A stretch of 64,000 nucleotides of DNA. Source: Octopus sinensis (Eukaryota). The stretch lies in NCBI RefSeq assembly GCF_006345805.1, contig NC_042999.1, forward strand, positions 60,450,001-60,514,000. The letters are read 5' to 3'. Within the stretch, counting starts at the first letter, position 1. Each line of letters begins with the position of its first letter. Positions 35,916 to 50,464 of this stretch are shown in pieces. A program made the position numbers and the translations under genes. Below the pieces are notes generated by a model. The model had not been told where the DNA came from and did no database searches. It saw nothing but the letters and a program-made list of their open reading frames with translations.

Positions 35916-36847
35916 TACTAATATAAACCAGCTAACAGCTAAAGGAATTCAATTTATTCGAACTTCCTGTCTTACTGATTCTACTCCGTTGCAAATGTTG
36001 GGAGAAGCTTTCCGCTTTCTAAATAGTCTATGAATTCTGGTTTCTTCTTCTTTGTACAAGTATCTAAGACAGTAGAAAAAAGACATAACGGATCTTTACC
36101 TTTTGAGGGACAGATTTAAAAAATAATATTTTGTAACTAAACATTTTGAAACTTTGGACACTGGTAGAATGTGTCATATTTTACTCTTAGCATTTTTGAG
36201 AAAAACTTATATATACGAAGTTATTTCACGTTAAAGTTGTCCTATTTGGGTAATTTCAATCAATCAATGACGTGTATTCAGCTAAATAAAATTACTGCTG
36301 TTGTTTGTCAACAAGAACTTCCTGTGGTGTATTTTTCGTTTCTCACTGTTATTTATGTCATCATTCGTGCGTTTGTACTAGTTTTAGCTTTAAGGTGTTA
36401 GGGTTATGGTTGTCAGTAAACATTTTGCCAGTTTCTTTTTTATCAGAAACACGGGTATTAGCAAACGATTGGGGGAAGCTTTTGGAAGAGAGAGACATTC
36501 ATTTATGCGGTTGGACATAATTAGATACCCAGTTCAACATTCAATCCGCAAATTTCTTTTTCTATTTATTTTGCCTTGCGCGAGCAACTATTTTATCGCA
36601 AGCGTATATTGTTGTTAAATGCTCGAAATACGACAGTAGAAAAACAGCCAACAACTAACGAAGAGTCGTCCTTTAAGTTGTTTGTCTTGTTTTCCATTTG
36701 TGTCTTTCGTTGTTCGAAAAAATAGTTCATATGTCCATGCACCCCTACTTCGTATTTATTTGTTGTACACGTTTCATGACATACTATGCCATATATGCAT
36801 ATATATACATACATTATATATATATATATATATTATATAGATACATA

Positions 36848-36889
<42 letters not shown>

Positions 36890-36929
36890 TATATATATAT
36901 ATACGGATAGATGTAAGTATGTATATATA

Positions 36930-37075
36930 CAAGACATTAGAGTTAACTCTGCCGCTTACATTACTGACATGCTGGAAATAATTGATAAGCCCTGGTGTAT
37001 GCGATGGGGGGTCATATGTGTTTCAGCAAGACTCCACTAACACACATGCCTCTATTAGAACTCGTGTAGAAGCAG
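36930..37075 (+). mobile_element. Tc1/mariner transposase fragment
   Basis: RVNSAAYI..L..KPW and SYVFQQDS motifs. Confidence 0.55.
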
Positions 37076-37229
37076 TTGTTTAAGCTGAAGGTGGCTTTAT
37101 TGAATAAAATTATCGAAAAGAAGGCTTATTTTTATCCTCGTAGCACTTTTGATAAATACAGTTATCTTTTTATTATATATGTTTTTTATAAACATAAATC
37201 TCTCCTCGCATATCTTACATATCCTGTAT

Positions 37230-37288
37230 ATATATATATGTATGTGTATATTATATATATATATTATATTATATAAATATATACATGT

Positions 37289-37320
<32 letters not shown>

Positions 37321-37357
37321 CTTATATATATATATGTATATTATATATATATATATA

Positions 37358-37421
<64 letters not shown>

Positions 37422-37461
37422 TATATATATACACACACACATATATATACATATATACATA

Positions 37462-37525
<64 letters not shown>

Positions 37526-37540
37526 TATGTATATATAAAT
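37230..37540. repeat. Long interrupted (TA)n microsatellite
   Basis: Direct reading. Confidence 0.97.
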
Positions 37541-37961
37541 ACATAAATACATACACAGGCATATTTTTATACGAGTGAGAAATCACACAAATTTTATGCA
37601 TCTCAGATGGTTCACCGCCATGAACTATGAATATATTTACCATGTTTGTTACTCGACATGCCTCACTCTCAATCTACGTATTTCCTTTGTAGACGTTCCG
37701 GTTACAGTATGTTCTCAGTAGTTCTAGTGTACACGTTTTGAAAGACTGGAAAATTACAATCGAAGTCATGAAATCGCTTTGCTGTTTCATCAATGTTCCA
37801 GAACAATACTTTTCAGTAATACTTCAAGCAAAATAATGAGTATATAACTACGGGCGTTCCTTTTGCACGCGCCCGTGCAGATGCATAGATATATGTACAT
37901 ACGTACACATATGGAAACACGTACATGTATACAATTTCATCTTCTTGTATTATATATATAT

Positions 37962-38035
<74 letters not shown>

Positions 38036-38044
38036 ATATATATG

Positions 38045-38230
38045 TAGGGAGAGTTTACGAAAAATAAGACGAAGACAAGTACAAAACAAACATATGTATT
38101 AGTATAACGCTCAGGAATACAAAAAGTATTTTACGTTTTGAGCCTACGCTCTTCTACAGAAACGGACACAGAAAAACCAAGGAGAGAAAAAACGAGAGAA
38201 AAAATGTGTGTAGTGGCTAACGATCTATCA
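38045..38230 (-). mobile_element. Solo PLE pseudo-LTR with decayed A6U hammerhead (38128-38163)
   Basis: Homologous to 11821-12020 and 57657-57835; core CTGTAGA, with GAAA changed to AAAA by CpG-type decay. Confidence 0.78.
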
Positions 38231-38246
38231 TTAAACGATCTATCTA

Positions 38247-38554
38247 TTAAAAGGTTATATCGATGTATATTTTAATGTATGTGCATGTCTATACCTGAGT
38301 ATATGAATATAACCATATCATGAATGTATATATATATGTACATACGTATATAAACATACACACACACACACAGACATAAATATCTGTGTGTGTGTGTGTG
38401 TATATGTATCTATACATACGTATGTACACACACATATATATATACGTATGTACATACATATATATATATACATTCATGTTATGGTTATATTCATATACTC
38501 ACGTATAGACATGCACACACATACATTAAAACATACATCGATATAAGCTTTTAA
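38247..38554. repeat. About 308-bp imperfect foldback palindrome
   Basis: ttaaaaggttatatcgatgta...catgaatgtatat is inverted at atatacattcatg...tacatcgatataagcttttaa. Confidence 0.8.
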
Positions 38555-39688
38555 TTATACATTCCAAACACCTTTGTTTATTCTGAACCACAAAGAAATT
38601 CAGCGTGGCTTATTCTCTGCATCAGATACTTATCTGCATGCACACAAAGTTGAAAGTTCATTTTCTTAGTTTAAAATATTGGTCCCTTGAGTACAAAATT
38701 CTCAGTATTTCGTCCAAACAAAGCTTATACCGCATCTATGATTTGGAACTCCCTTTCATCTAATGTTGTGCATTTTCTACATTAGACCAAGTAATTTTGA
38801 ATTCACCAGGACTCTTTCTACGCAAGAACCATGTAAACTTCGCCAAAGCCGTAACATATCTGACGTGGATGACAAAAGAATGTTCATGTTTGTAATAGCT
38901 GTCTTTGATTGTTAATTCCTGCGTTCCAGTATATGCCTGAGGTTGACCGTTGCGCTTTGATTCCAACTTTGGACCATATACCATCGACTTTGCCTGACAG
39001 TTACCGTCTAGTGGACAGTTTCCAAGAATTCTCTAGAGTTGCATGATGTTTGCTGGCTAATTGTTTGCATCTCTCATCGACTCAACTTCGCAGCATCATA
39101 ATCGTCTATGTAACACCTGCAATGTTTGCAAGTTAAATAGTTAAATTTAACACAGACCTTATTCAATATTTTTATATATTTATGCTCTTGCGGAAAATGG
39201 TGATCTATTAAATTAAGAAAATCCCTTAAAATATTAGTTTTTACTACTAATTTACATACCGTCTTTTATCATGACATATTCCTCTTCCTATTCCTACAAT
39301 TACGCTGTGTATTCCAAGTGTACTTTTCTTTACTTAACTTTTTAAAAGCATTAATTAAAAGTATTATATTAGAACATTGATTAAACAGCAAAGCAATTTG
39401 ATGACTTCGATTCAATGAAGCTTATGCTATTTATAATAAAATAAAATCCAAATCATGAGTTTGAAGTCCCAGTTTTCGCGCGTCTTTCATAAAGGTTTTT
39501 AAACGAAAGAACATATGAATAACCGTTTCCTTCAAACGAGGTTCGGTTTGACAGTCAAAGATCGCAAACAAGCAACTCTTAGTACTAGAAATCAGAACCT
39601 TTCAGTTATAATGTATTAAAAAAATACTCTACTTTTGTATGAGTCCTGTAATTGATCGCTTCTGCGTGAATTAGAAGATATATAACTA

Positions 39689-39751
<63 letters not shown>

Positions 39752-39757
39752 TGATAG

Positions 39758-40075
39758 ATATACAAAATTTAAAGGACTGAACACGAAAAGTGGACAGTCA
39801 ACATGCTAGATATAGACGTCAAATCGCTATTTTCCACAAAGAGTATGTTCTCAAATAAAAACTCAGCACAAAACCAAAGCATTAAACAAGACAAATGAAA
39901 ATATACGCATATAAAATGAAAATATTCGTATATTTTCATTTGTCTCGTTTAATGCTTTGGTTTTGTGCGGAGTTTTTATTTGAGAACATACTCTTTGTGA
40001 AAAATAGCGATTTGACGTCTATATCTAGATGTTGACTGTCCACTTTTCGTGTTCAGTCCTTTAAATTTTGTATAT
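39758..40075. repeat. Near-perfect 150-bp inverted repeat with 19-nt spacer
   Basis: 39758-39907 versus 39927-40075, only a few mismatches; within a (TA)n-bounded module. Confidence 0.93.
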
Positions 40076-40199
40076 AAAAATATTTTAATCTTAGGATTCT
40101 TTTTAATATGCTGGGCCACTAGTTTTAATTGACTAATATCAACTTCTACCCTTATTAATTTTATATATATAGATATATATATATATAAATAAATAAATA

Positions 40200-40249
<50 letters not shown>

Positions 40250-40490
40250 GTAATATACATAGGTGCGTGTATGTGTGTGTATGATATGTATATACATATG
40301 TGTGTGTGTATGTTATATATAGATTTATGCAGATTAATATGTAGTACGTATGTATGTAAAATTGTATGCGTGTATGGATACACACAAATACGCACACACA
40401 CCCATATATATGCATAAATAATAAATATATATATATAAATATATGTATACATACATGTGTATATATATGTATACATATATATGTATATCA

Positions 40491-40715
40491 CGTGACCGAC
40501 CAGACCATCAGATGTTGCTACACATCGCTGGTCAAAAATGCGTTCGCATTGTTTTAGCCTTCGAACGACGCCACCCCGCTGGCTAAGCGAGCAGGCCAAC
40601 AGAAGAAAGAGTGGAAGAAAGAGTGGTGAAAGAGTACAGCAGGGATCACCACCCCCTGCCGGAGCCTCGTGGAGCTTTTAGGTATTTTCGCTCAATAAAC
40701 ACACACAACACCCGG
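40491..40715 (-). mobile_element. SINE family C (truncated head)
   Basis: Reverse complement of 50130-50352. Confidence 0.8.
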
Positions 40716-40773
40716 CCTCCACATATACGTGTATATGTACAAATATATATATATACATATAAATATATACATT

Positions 40774-40834
<61 letters not shown>

Positions 40835-41177
40835 GTATATACGTGCATACACACATACACACGCACACACACATAATATGAATTAATGCTGAAACGCGAT
40901 AACGGCTTTTACTATTAACCTTGACGTCACCATGATAGCTATTATAAATAGAATTTTTGTTCTGATCTTGGAATAAGACGAGAAAGAACAAGTAAATGCG
41001 TTCATTCGAAGTTATTAAATTTCATAAATATCATGAGAAAGATTGTAAGCTGGATAGATATAGATCTCTGAAAACTGAATGTGATTTTTTTTTCTCTTTC
41101 TTAATTTAGATTGCTGTTTCGTCTAATTTAATTAAAACGATAACTTTAACTCATATAATTGGAATATAAGAATTGCA

Positions 41178-41240
<63 letters not shown>

Positions 41241-41334
41241 TATTACCGTTGTTGTAGTTGTCTTGGTTGTTGTTGTTGTTGTTGTTCTTATGGTTGCTTT
41301 TATTACCATTGTTATTATCAATATTATTGTTCTT

Positions 41335-41647
41335 ATTAAGGTAGTGAACCTGTAGACTCGTCCGTCTTTACGTTCTGAGTTCAAATTCCGTCGAGGTCGA
41401 GGCTTCCTTCATCCTTTTGGGGTCAATAAAAACAAGTTTGTGCTGAGCGCTACGGTCGATGTGATCGACCCTTCTCCTCCGCCGAAATAGCTGGCCTTGT
41501 AGTACTTTTATTTTTAATATTATTATTATTATTACTATAAGAGATTTTATAAATCCCCAAAATTAAGTTATAATAAACAAATTCTACTACTCTACCACCA
41601 CTACTACTACTTATAATAATGATGATGATGATGATGATGATAATAGC

Positions 41648-41698
<51 letters not shown>

Positions 41699-41875
41699 TC
41701 TTTCTGCTATAGGCAAAAGGCATGAAATCGACCCTAGTACTCAACAGGTACTTAATTTATAGACCCCGAAAGGCAAAGTTGATCTCAGCGGAATTTGAAC
41801 TCACAACGTTGCGCCAGACGAAATACCGCTAAGCATTTTGTCCGGCGTGGAAAGATTCTGCCAGCTCACTGCCTT
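41335..41875. mobile_element. Two degenerate SINE family B copies in inverted orientation around (AAT)n
   Basis: 41335-41500 on plus; 41725-41875 on minus. Confidence 0.72.
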
Positions 41876-41911
41876 GATAATAATAATGATGATTGTAATA
41901 ACAACAACAAG

Positions 41912-41984
<73 letters not shown>

Positions 41985-42474
41985 TGATAATAAATAATGA
42001 GAGGAGTTAAACGCTTGAAAGTGGAGCAGGAGATAATATTAATGACCTCAATAATTAAATAAATACCATTGGTATTTAAACAGATAAGAAGATGGGGAAA
42101 AAATCGAAGACTTAAATGAAAGCAGTCGATAAATTATGCCAAAGTATGAAGAGCAGGGGGAAAAAAATTCAGTGAATAATTGTTAATTTTAAAGTATATT
42201 TTTGAAAATATAAAAGAAACGGACCAGAGTTAATTTGCAGATATAACAAAATAACGATTTGATTGGTAAACTTTTTAATAGAAAGCACACACCCTCTCTT
42301 ACAGACAACCACACTGAAATATAATACACACACACACACATACACACACACAAACATACGAACACACGCACTCATAGATGCGTATACACTCGGAGTTAGA
42401 CACCAGAACACCACCCCCGTCACATAATAACAAATGTAATATATCAGGCAACTACGACGGCGAGGAATAAGCTG

Positions 42475-42498
42475 TGGTGGTGGTGATGATGATGATGA

Positions 42499-42529
<31 letters not shown>

Positions 42530-42870
42530 GGTGGTGGTGGTGGTGATGATGATAAGAAAAACGAGGACGACGACGACAAAGAGGAAGACCACGCCGATTA
42601 ATGCGCCGCTGAGGCTGCTGATGGCGATGGTGATGATGATAATGCTGGTATTGATTATTGTGGCGATGATGATAGAAATGAAAGAAGCTATTCACATTAC
42701 TGCCGCAGGCTATTTCGCTGATGGTGGTGGTGGTGGTGGTGGAGCTTGTGATGACGATGATGAAAATGATGAGATGATAATGATGATGATGATGATGATG
42801 ACGACGACGACGATGATGATGGTGATGCTGCTGCTGCTGCTGCTGATGATGATGATGATGAAGATGATGG
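42475..42870. repeat. Mixed (GAT)n/(GGT)n/(GAC)n/(GCT)n trinucleotide array
   Basis: Direct reading. Confidence 0.9.
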
Positions 42871-43154
42871 TGAGATAAACGGTGATATCAATGATAACAC
42901 TATGTAAGACAGGAGTTGCTATTAGCAATGATTTCTATTTGCAAAGGCACGAAAATAGACTTTTAAGAGATTTGGAAAAAAAAAATTGTTGTGTTAAAAA
43001 AAAAAAAGGATTCGGAGATTTTTGCAGCTGATATATTTTTTTATTGTCGTTGTAAATCCAAGAAACTATCTCACGCTCTGACAGAGGATTATGAAGAACA
43101 AGGCATCCGTAATACCACATTTCCTGTCAATAGTGACAAACGGATATACTACTC

Positions 43155-43743
43155 CAGTGGATCTCAGTCGTTGACCATTTGACTCTGTAAACTGGAGGTG
43201 GACAATAGTAGTTTAAAACCCCTGAAAAAAATTGCTTTAGATGTATGTATTGCAGGAAACCGATTGTTTCTTTATCTCTAATGAGTTTTTTTTCGCCCGT
43301 TTTGAAGCCTAGCCAGGCTCATGGGCCCGGTTTCCCGGTTTCTGTCGCGTATGTGTTCCTCCCAGTTGGACCAAACGCCAGTCCATAGTAGCGTTACTCA
43401 AGAAACAGTGAGAGAAAGTTGGGGCGAAAGAGTACAACAGAGCTTCGTGGAGCTTCAGGTGTTTTCGCTCAATAAACACACACAACGCCCGGTGAAGGAA
43501 TCGAAACCGCGATCCTCCGACCGTGAGTCCGCTGCCCTAACTACTGGGCCATTGCGCCTCCACTCTCTAATGTTTTAAATATTTCAAATTACATAAGTTA
43601 ATGTGGGTAAAACAAAATAGGAATTTTGAAAGAAGTTTCTATAAAACTAGGTTTTAAGCATCGAATGGCGAATGGTGTCCCTCGGAATAAAATATTAATC
43701 AAAAGGGTCCATAGATAAAAAAAAAAGTGGTTGAGTACCCCTG
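43155..43743. mobile_element. hAT/Charlie-like MITE with a nested SINE C (43307-43562, minus)
   Basis: Termini cagtggatctca / ttgagtacccctg; 8-bp flanks tactactc / cactaatc match at 6 of 8. Confidence 0.5.
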
Positions 43744-44076
43744 CACTAATCCGATGTTGGTACTGCTGAATTATTTTTTATAGATGTTCTTCGGCAAATT
43801 GAAGCAGGTCCTAAGAAAAGGACTAGGTTACTTCGTTTGTTTGGAGATATCTGTGAAATTGTTTTGTCATGAGTTGTGCAGATTGGGTTTAAGAATAATA
43901 TTACCCAAATGAATATTTTGATAGAGTTATCCAGAATAATCTTTCGCAGAATTAATGTTTCCGCACAAAGCGCACTCCGTACTGCTCCAAACGTAGTTAC
44001 GATATCAAACTAACACAGTAACCAATACAGACGATCCACGTCGTCAACTATTCGGCTGTCATCTGCACCACCATCA

Positions 44077-44410
44077 GGAGGCGCAATGGCCCAGTGATTA
44101 GGGCAGCGGACTCGCGGTCGGAGGATCGCGGTTTCGATTCCCAGACCGGGCGTTGTGTGTGTTTATTGAGCGAAAACACCTAAAGCTCCGCGAGGCTCCG
44201 GCATGGGGTGGTGGCGACCCATGTTGTAGTCTTTTGCTCCAACTTTCTCTCACTCTTTCTTCCTGCTTCTTGTCCCCGACTTCCTACGCAACCGCTGAGC
44301 CTGGATGCGCATTCATCCATCCGTCGATGCTCTCGGTGTCGGGGGTTGACCTGCTTTCTCTTCTGCGGGTCTTACGAATAGCAAAGGACCACGTTTCGGA
44401 CTGCTCCCAA
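44077..44410 (+). mobile_element. SINE family C
   Basis: ggaggcgcaatggcccagtgattagggcagcggactc...ggtttcgattccc tRNA-like head. Confidence 0.82.
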
Positions 44411-44650
44411 AACTGACATGGGACGAAGACCGCTTCGCTCAACAGCAGCACAGCACCACCGTCAACTACTCACAGATCGCACAGTTTATTTTATTGAAAT
44501 GCGTTAGTCCACTTCCCTTCACATGGTGGTGGTGGTCAGGAGCCTTCCATACCAGAAATTATGAGTGCCAGTTACCGTGTTCATATATGCAAGTGTATCT
44601 GATTATGCTCTCATGAAATCAATGTAAATATTTCTTCTGTACACGAAGTA

Positions 44651-45296
44651 TATTCTTTTATTTCTTTACTTGTTTCAGTCATTTGATTGCGGCCTTGCTG
44701 GAGCATCACCTTTAGTCGAACAAATCTAACCCAGGTCTTATTCTTTGTAAGCCTAGTACTTATTCTATCGCACTAGTTTGCCGAACCGCTACGTTATGTG
44801 GACGTAAACACACCAACGTCGGTTGTCGAGCGATGGTTGGGAGACATACGTTATATATGCATGTGTGTATGCATGTATATATATATATATATTCTTTTGC
44901 TATTTTACTATTTTACTTGTTACAGTCATGTGACTATGGCCATGCTGGAGCACCACCTTTAGTCGAGCAAATCGACCCGAGGACTTATTCTTTGTAAGCC
45001 TAGTACTTATTATGCCCCACCGATAAGTTACGGGGACGTAAGCACACCAGCATCGGCGATGTTGGGGGGGGGGGCAAACACAGACACACAAACATATACA
45101 CACATACACATGCATATATACATACATATATACGACGGGCTTGTTTCAGTTTCCGTCTACCAAATCCACTCACAAGGCTTTGGTCGGCCAAAGGCTATAG
45201 TAGAAGACAGTTGCCCAAGGTTCCACGCAGTGGGACTGAACCAGGAACTATGTGATTGGTAAGCAGGCTACTTACCACACAGCCACTCATGCGCCT
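44651..45296 (-). mobile_element. SINE family A: tail fragment (44651-44836) plus full copy (44891-45296)
   Basis: Consensus motifs. Confidence 0.85.
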
Positions 45297-45319
45297 ATCT
45301 ATCTCTCTCTCACTCTCTC

Positions 45320-45355
<36 letters not shown>

Positions 45356-45821
45356 AGAAAATAGAATTTCACGTCAACAAGACAAGTAGTCAGCACATTT
45401 GGCGCTGTTCTCTCACGTGTTAATCATATTATTTTATTCTTAATTTTATACTTCATGATACAACTTAAATTTTTATAAATACGTTTCCCATATATTTGCA
45501 TCTGACACTCAGTTCATCATTTTCTTTCCAATTAAAGAAAGGCAAATTATTTTATCAAAGCCGAATAAATTTTTGACGTGTTCTTAATTATTCAATCAAG
45601 CAAGAATCTCGGATTTGTATTCCACGTTCTAGAAATAATTAATTTACATATCTCTGTCATTATATTGTCGGTTTCTTTCTTTCTCTCTTTCTTACTTTAC
45701 TTCTTTCTTTCTCTTTTCTTTATATAGGTATATATATATAGGTATATATATATATATATATATGTATGTATATATAATACACACACACACATATGTATAT
45801 ACATACATACATATATATATA

Positions 45822-45859
<38 letters not shown>

Positions 45860-46659
45860 GTATGTATATATAATACACACACACACATATATATACATAT
45901 ATACACATATATATATATACATGAATATATATATACATACATACATACATTATATATATATATATCTCTATATATAAAACTGAAATGCGTTTTTACCGCT
46001 TGGATCGCTTTCAAGGCCACTACATTCCGTCGGATTCACTCCAAAATTTACAGGGACATGTAAAATGAGGTGACGATGCCCGTGGGCTACCTTAGAAATC
46101 CCTATCTTGAAAGGTGTCGTTGTTAGGGCTAAAAACCCACTTTGACAAGTCCACTCCCGTTTTTTAATCTATCTGTCTTCCCCAACTCACTCTCGCGTTT
46201 CCTCTCTTCCCAACACTTTTTCACTCACTCTATTTCCTACCTTCCCATCACTTCGGCGTTCTTTTATGTATCTGTTTGCATTCATAGAGAGAATTACCAT
46301 CGCCACTACGAACACACAATCATGACAACAAATATAACGTAGGTTTTTCGTATCTATTACATTTTGACATTTATTTAGAACCCTGCAAATGTTTCGTGCT
46401 AAATTTTCATTTTCTACTACTTTATTTTTTCTTAAATTGATGCTTTTATTAAAATTAATTCTAATTGTCTGGGTCAACAGTTCGTTTCCTCGGAGGATAT
46501 GGAAATTCCTATTACCCGTCAGACAAATAACTCCAGCACATCACAACTATTTCAACAAAGACAACGTTACCTGCTTACCAGTCGAATTCAACGTCAACGC
46601 TCACGTATGAGAGAGACTCCAACACACACACACAAACACACACACAGACACGCACACAC

Positions 46660-46694
<35 letters not shown>

Positions 46695-47504
46695 ATGTGT
46701 GCATTATGTGGTCGCTTGAGCTGAAAATATGCACACCTATGTTAAAAGTGCTGGCAAGTTTGCATGACAACTATTTTTTTTCCTCAAATGAAAGGGTGAC
46801 CTCTAGGACAAAATTCCTCATCTTATAAAATGTGGCCCCAGTAGACCCGAATGAAATCGGGTTATATTAACCAAAATGTGAAAAGGGTCTAAATGGGGCT
46901 GGAAGGGGATTAAAATTTAAAGGAGCGGGTGTTTAGCAATTCTCTGTTACATCAGCTAAAAAATTGCGCCAGCCTTTTAATCGTCAATGTGTTGCCGTCC
47001 ATGATGAAGAAGTTTGAATGCTTGCCATGGTGAGTCTACTGTCGTGAGAAAGAATCACTTCAAAACTTGTGTTTACGAATTTTCTTTTACATCAAGTTCA
47101 AAATTTTACGCCAGCCGTTAAACTGTCAAAACGTTGCTGTCCGTCGTTAAGAAAATGCAGCCATGGTGACACTACTATCCTCAGATTCTATCCCTTCAAA
47201 CTTTGGTTTCCAATATTTTATTATTTTTATTCAGCTCGAAAGTTCATCTGTCCCTTTTAAATGTTAGTGTTTTGCAGTCTGCCTTGAAGCAGACCTTTCC
47301 GTTGTTACTGCCTGATATTTATGATTGATCTTTCTAAATATCTTATTTCTCAACTTACTCAAGATCTTTTGTGGTTTATAAATGGGAGAGAGATAGATAA
47401 AGATAGAGAGTAAGAGAAAGCGAGGGAGAGTCCGAGAGAAAGGAAGAGTAAGAGAGTGGGGAAAGTGAGAGAGAAAGGAGATAGAAACAAAGAGGGAGAA
47501 TCAT

Positions 47505-47820
47505 CATCATCATCATCATCATCGTCATTTAATGTCCGTTTTCCGTGCTAGCACGTGTTGGACAGTTTGACCGGGGTCTGGGAAGCCAGGAGGCTGCACC
47601 AAGCTCCAGTCTGACCTGGCAGTATTTCTACAGGTGGATGCCCTTCCTAACGCCAACCACTCTGTGAGCGTAGTGGGTGCTTTTTTCGTGCCGCCGGCAC
47701 AGGTGCCAGGGGGGCTGGCAGCGGCCATGATCGGTTGGTACTTTTTACGTACCACCGGCATAGAAGCCAGCCAAGGCGGCGCTGCAATCGGCCACGTTCG
47801 GATGGTGTTTTTACGTGCTG
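47505..47820 (-). mobile_element. SINE 3' part with (GAT)n tail
   Basis: Minus strand: ggttggcgttaggaagggcatcc...gcacggaaaacggacattaaatgacga(tga)n. Confidence 0.65.
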
Positions 47821-47885
47821 AAAGGAAGCAACAGAAAGTAACAACCACACTCTTACCCGCGCGTAGAGCGGGTCACCTTCAGCGT

Positions 47886-47937
<52 letters not shown>

Positions 47938-48065
47938 TGTATATATATAATATATACATGCGTATGTATGTGTGCGCGCTTTTGTGTGTGTATGAGTGTA
48001 TTTTTGGTATTATATGTGCGCATTCAACCTACCGTATTGAGTTCCATGTCCGATAATGATTGTAT

Positions 48066-48257
48066 TACTTCTTTTATCGTTTATCTTTTACACGTTTCAG
48101 TCCTTAGACTGAGGCCATGATGGAGCACAACTTTGAAAAATTGTAGCTCAACGAATTCACACCAACGCCGGTTGTCAAGCAGTGGTCGGAGGTAAATAAA
48201 CACGCACATGCGCGCGGACATTCACACACGCACACACTCATACATACATAGACATAC

Positions 48258-48303
<46 letters not shown>

Positions 48304-48540
48304 ACATACATACATACATAGACACACACGCACACACACATACAAACACACACACGCACACACACACACACACGCTCATATATTTATTTGTATATTTATT
48401 AAAATTGAGCAAAAGAAACAGATAGACTCCAGGTTCGAGAGTTTCGTGCGTTCGCAATTTAATGAAAATATTTAAACGCTCATATTTTGAGTTCTCTTTC
48501 TCCTGTTTATATTATATATAATGTATTTTTGTGTGCCTGT

Positions 48541-48583
<43 letters not shown>

Positions 48584-49022
48584 ATATGTATATATATATT
48601 ATATATATATGTATATAATATATATGACTATGTGACCAAGGCTTCCTTCAGTTTTTGTGTATCAAAGACCCACACAAGGCTTTGGTCGTCCCGAGGCGGC
48701 GAGTTGGCAGAATCGTTAGCACGCCGGGCGAAATGCGTAGCCGTATTTCGTCTGCCGTTACGTTCTGAGTTCAAATTCCGCCGAGGTCGAATTTGCCTTT
48801 CATCCTTTCGGGGTCGATAAATAAAGTACCAGTTACGCACTGGGGTCGATGTAATCGACTTAATCCTTTTGTCTGTCCTTGTTTTACCCCTCTATGTTTA
48901 GCCCCTTGTGGGCTATAAAGAAATAAGTATAATAAAAGACAATTGCCAAATGATCCATGCAATGGATTGAAACCGGAGCAATGAGTTTCGGAGCAAGTTT
49001 CCTACTATACAGCCGCGTCTGT
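48066..49022. mobile_element. SINE family A (minus) interrupted by microsatellites and a family B copy (48694-48928, plus)
   Basis: A-head sequence ggtcgtcccg is cut by aggcggcgag... and resumes at about 48955. Confidence 0.75.
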
Positions 49023-49201
49023 CTCTAAATAACATATAACATACTTTCATGTCTTGCACTACATCTCCCTCTCTTTCTTTCTCTCTCTCTCTCTCTCACG
49101 CGCGCTCTCTCAAACCCAATCTTTACATGCATATATGTATGTACATATGTGTGCATGTATATATTGTCTGTTTCTGTATATATATACTCGTACATATATT
49201 G

Positions 49202-49530
49202 AAGGAGCATGGCTCAGTGGTTAGGGCGTCGGGCTTACGATCGTCAGGTTGTGAGTTCGATTCCCAGACCGGCCTGCGTATTGTGTTCTTGAGCAAGACA
49301 CTTTATTTCACGTTGCTCCAGTTCAGTCACATGTACAAATGAATTGCCACGTCACAGGTGCCGAGCCGTATCAGCTTTTGCCTTTCCCTTGGATAACACT
49401 GGTGGCGTGCAGAGGAGGGGCCGGAATGCATGGGCAACTGCTGGTCTTCCATAAACAACCCTGCCTGGACTTGTTCCCGGGAGGGTAACTTCTTAGGTGC
49501 AATACCATGGTCAGTCCTGATCGAAGGAGT
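49202..49530 (+). mobile_element. tRNA-derived SINE with V-domain-like segment
   Basis: A box ggctcagtgg, B box gttcgattccc, then tgtgttcttgagcaagacactt. Confidence 0.7.
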
Positions 49531-49549
49531 TCTCAGCATATATATATAT

Positions 49550-49797
49550 TGCTTTATTCTTTAAATTGTTTCACTCATTTGGGTGCGCCCATGCTGGAGT
49601 ACCGCCTTTAGTCGAACAAATCGACCCTAGGACTTGTTCTTTGTAAGCCTAGTAGTATTTTATCGGACACTTCTCCAAACCTCTAAGTTCCGGAGCCATA
49701 AACACACCAGCATCGGTTGTCAGGCAATGGTATGGGGACAACCACAGGCACAAAAAATACATACATACATACATATACATATATATATATATATAAT

Positions 49798-49871
<74 letters not shown>

Positions 49872-50025
49872 TACAACTGGCTTCTTTCAGTTTCCGTCCA
49901 CCAAATCCACCCAGAAAGCTTTGTTCGACCCGAGACTATAGGAAAAGACACTTGCCCAAATTACCTCACAGTGGGACTGAATCCGGAACCATCTTTTTAG
50001 GAAGCAAGCTTCTAACCACACAGCT
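49550..50025 (-). mobile_element. SINE family A with internal (TA)n
   Basis: Consensus motifs. Confidence 0.82.
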
Positions 50026-50053
50026 TATATTATATATGTATTATAATATATGT

Positions 50054-50352
50054 GGAGGCGCAATGGCCCAGCGGTTAGGGCAGCGGACTCGCGGCCGTAG
50101 GATCGCGCTTTCGTTTCCCAAACCGGGTGTTGTGAGTTTTTATTGAGCGAAAATACCTAAAGCTCCACGAGGCTCCAGCAGGGGGTGGTGGCGGTCCCTG
50201 CTGTACTCTTTCGCTACAACTTTCTCTCACTCTTTCTTCTGTTGGCCTGCCCCCCCCTAGCCAGCGGGGTGGCGTCATTTGAAGCCTAAAACAAAGCGAG
50301 GCGCATTGTGACCAGCGATATGTAGCAACATCTGATAGGCTGGTCGGTCACG
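50054..50352 (+). mobile_element. SINE family C
   Basis: ggaggcgcaatggcccagcggttagggcagc head. Confidence 0.82.
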
Positions 50353-50370
50353 GTGATCACGGTGATTATA

Positions 50371-50464
<94 letters not shown>

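Noticed and set aside
44077-50130. tRNA-like A/B box sequences (44077, 49202, 50054 and others)
   Set aside because: They continue into SINE bodies and lack a complete acceptor stem; SINE heads, not tRNA genes.
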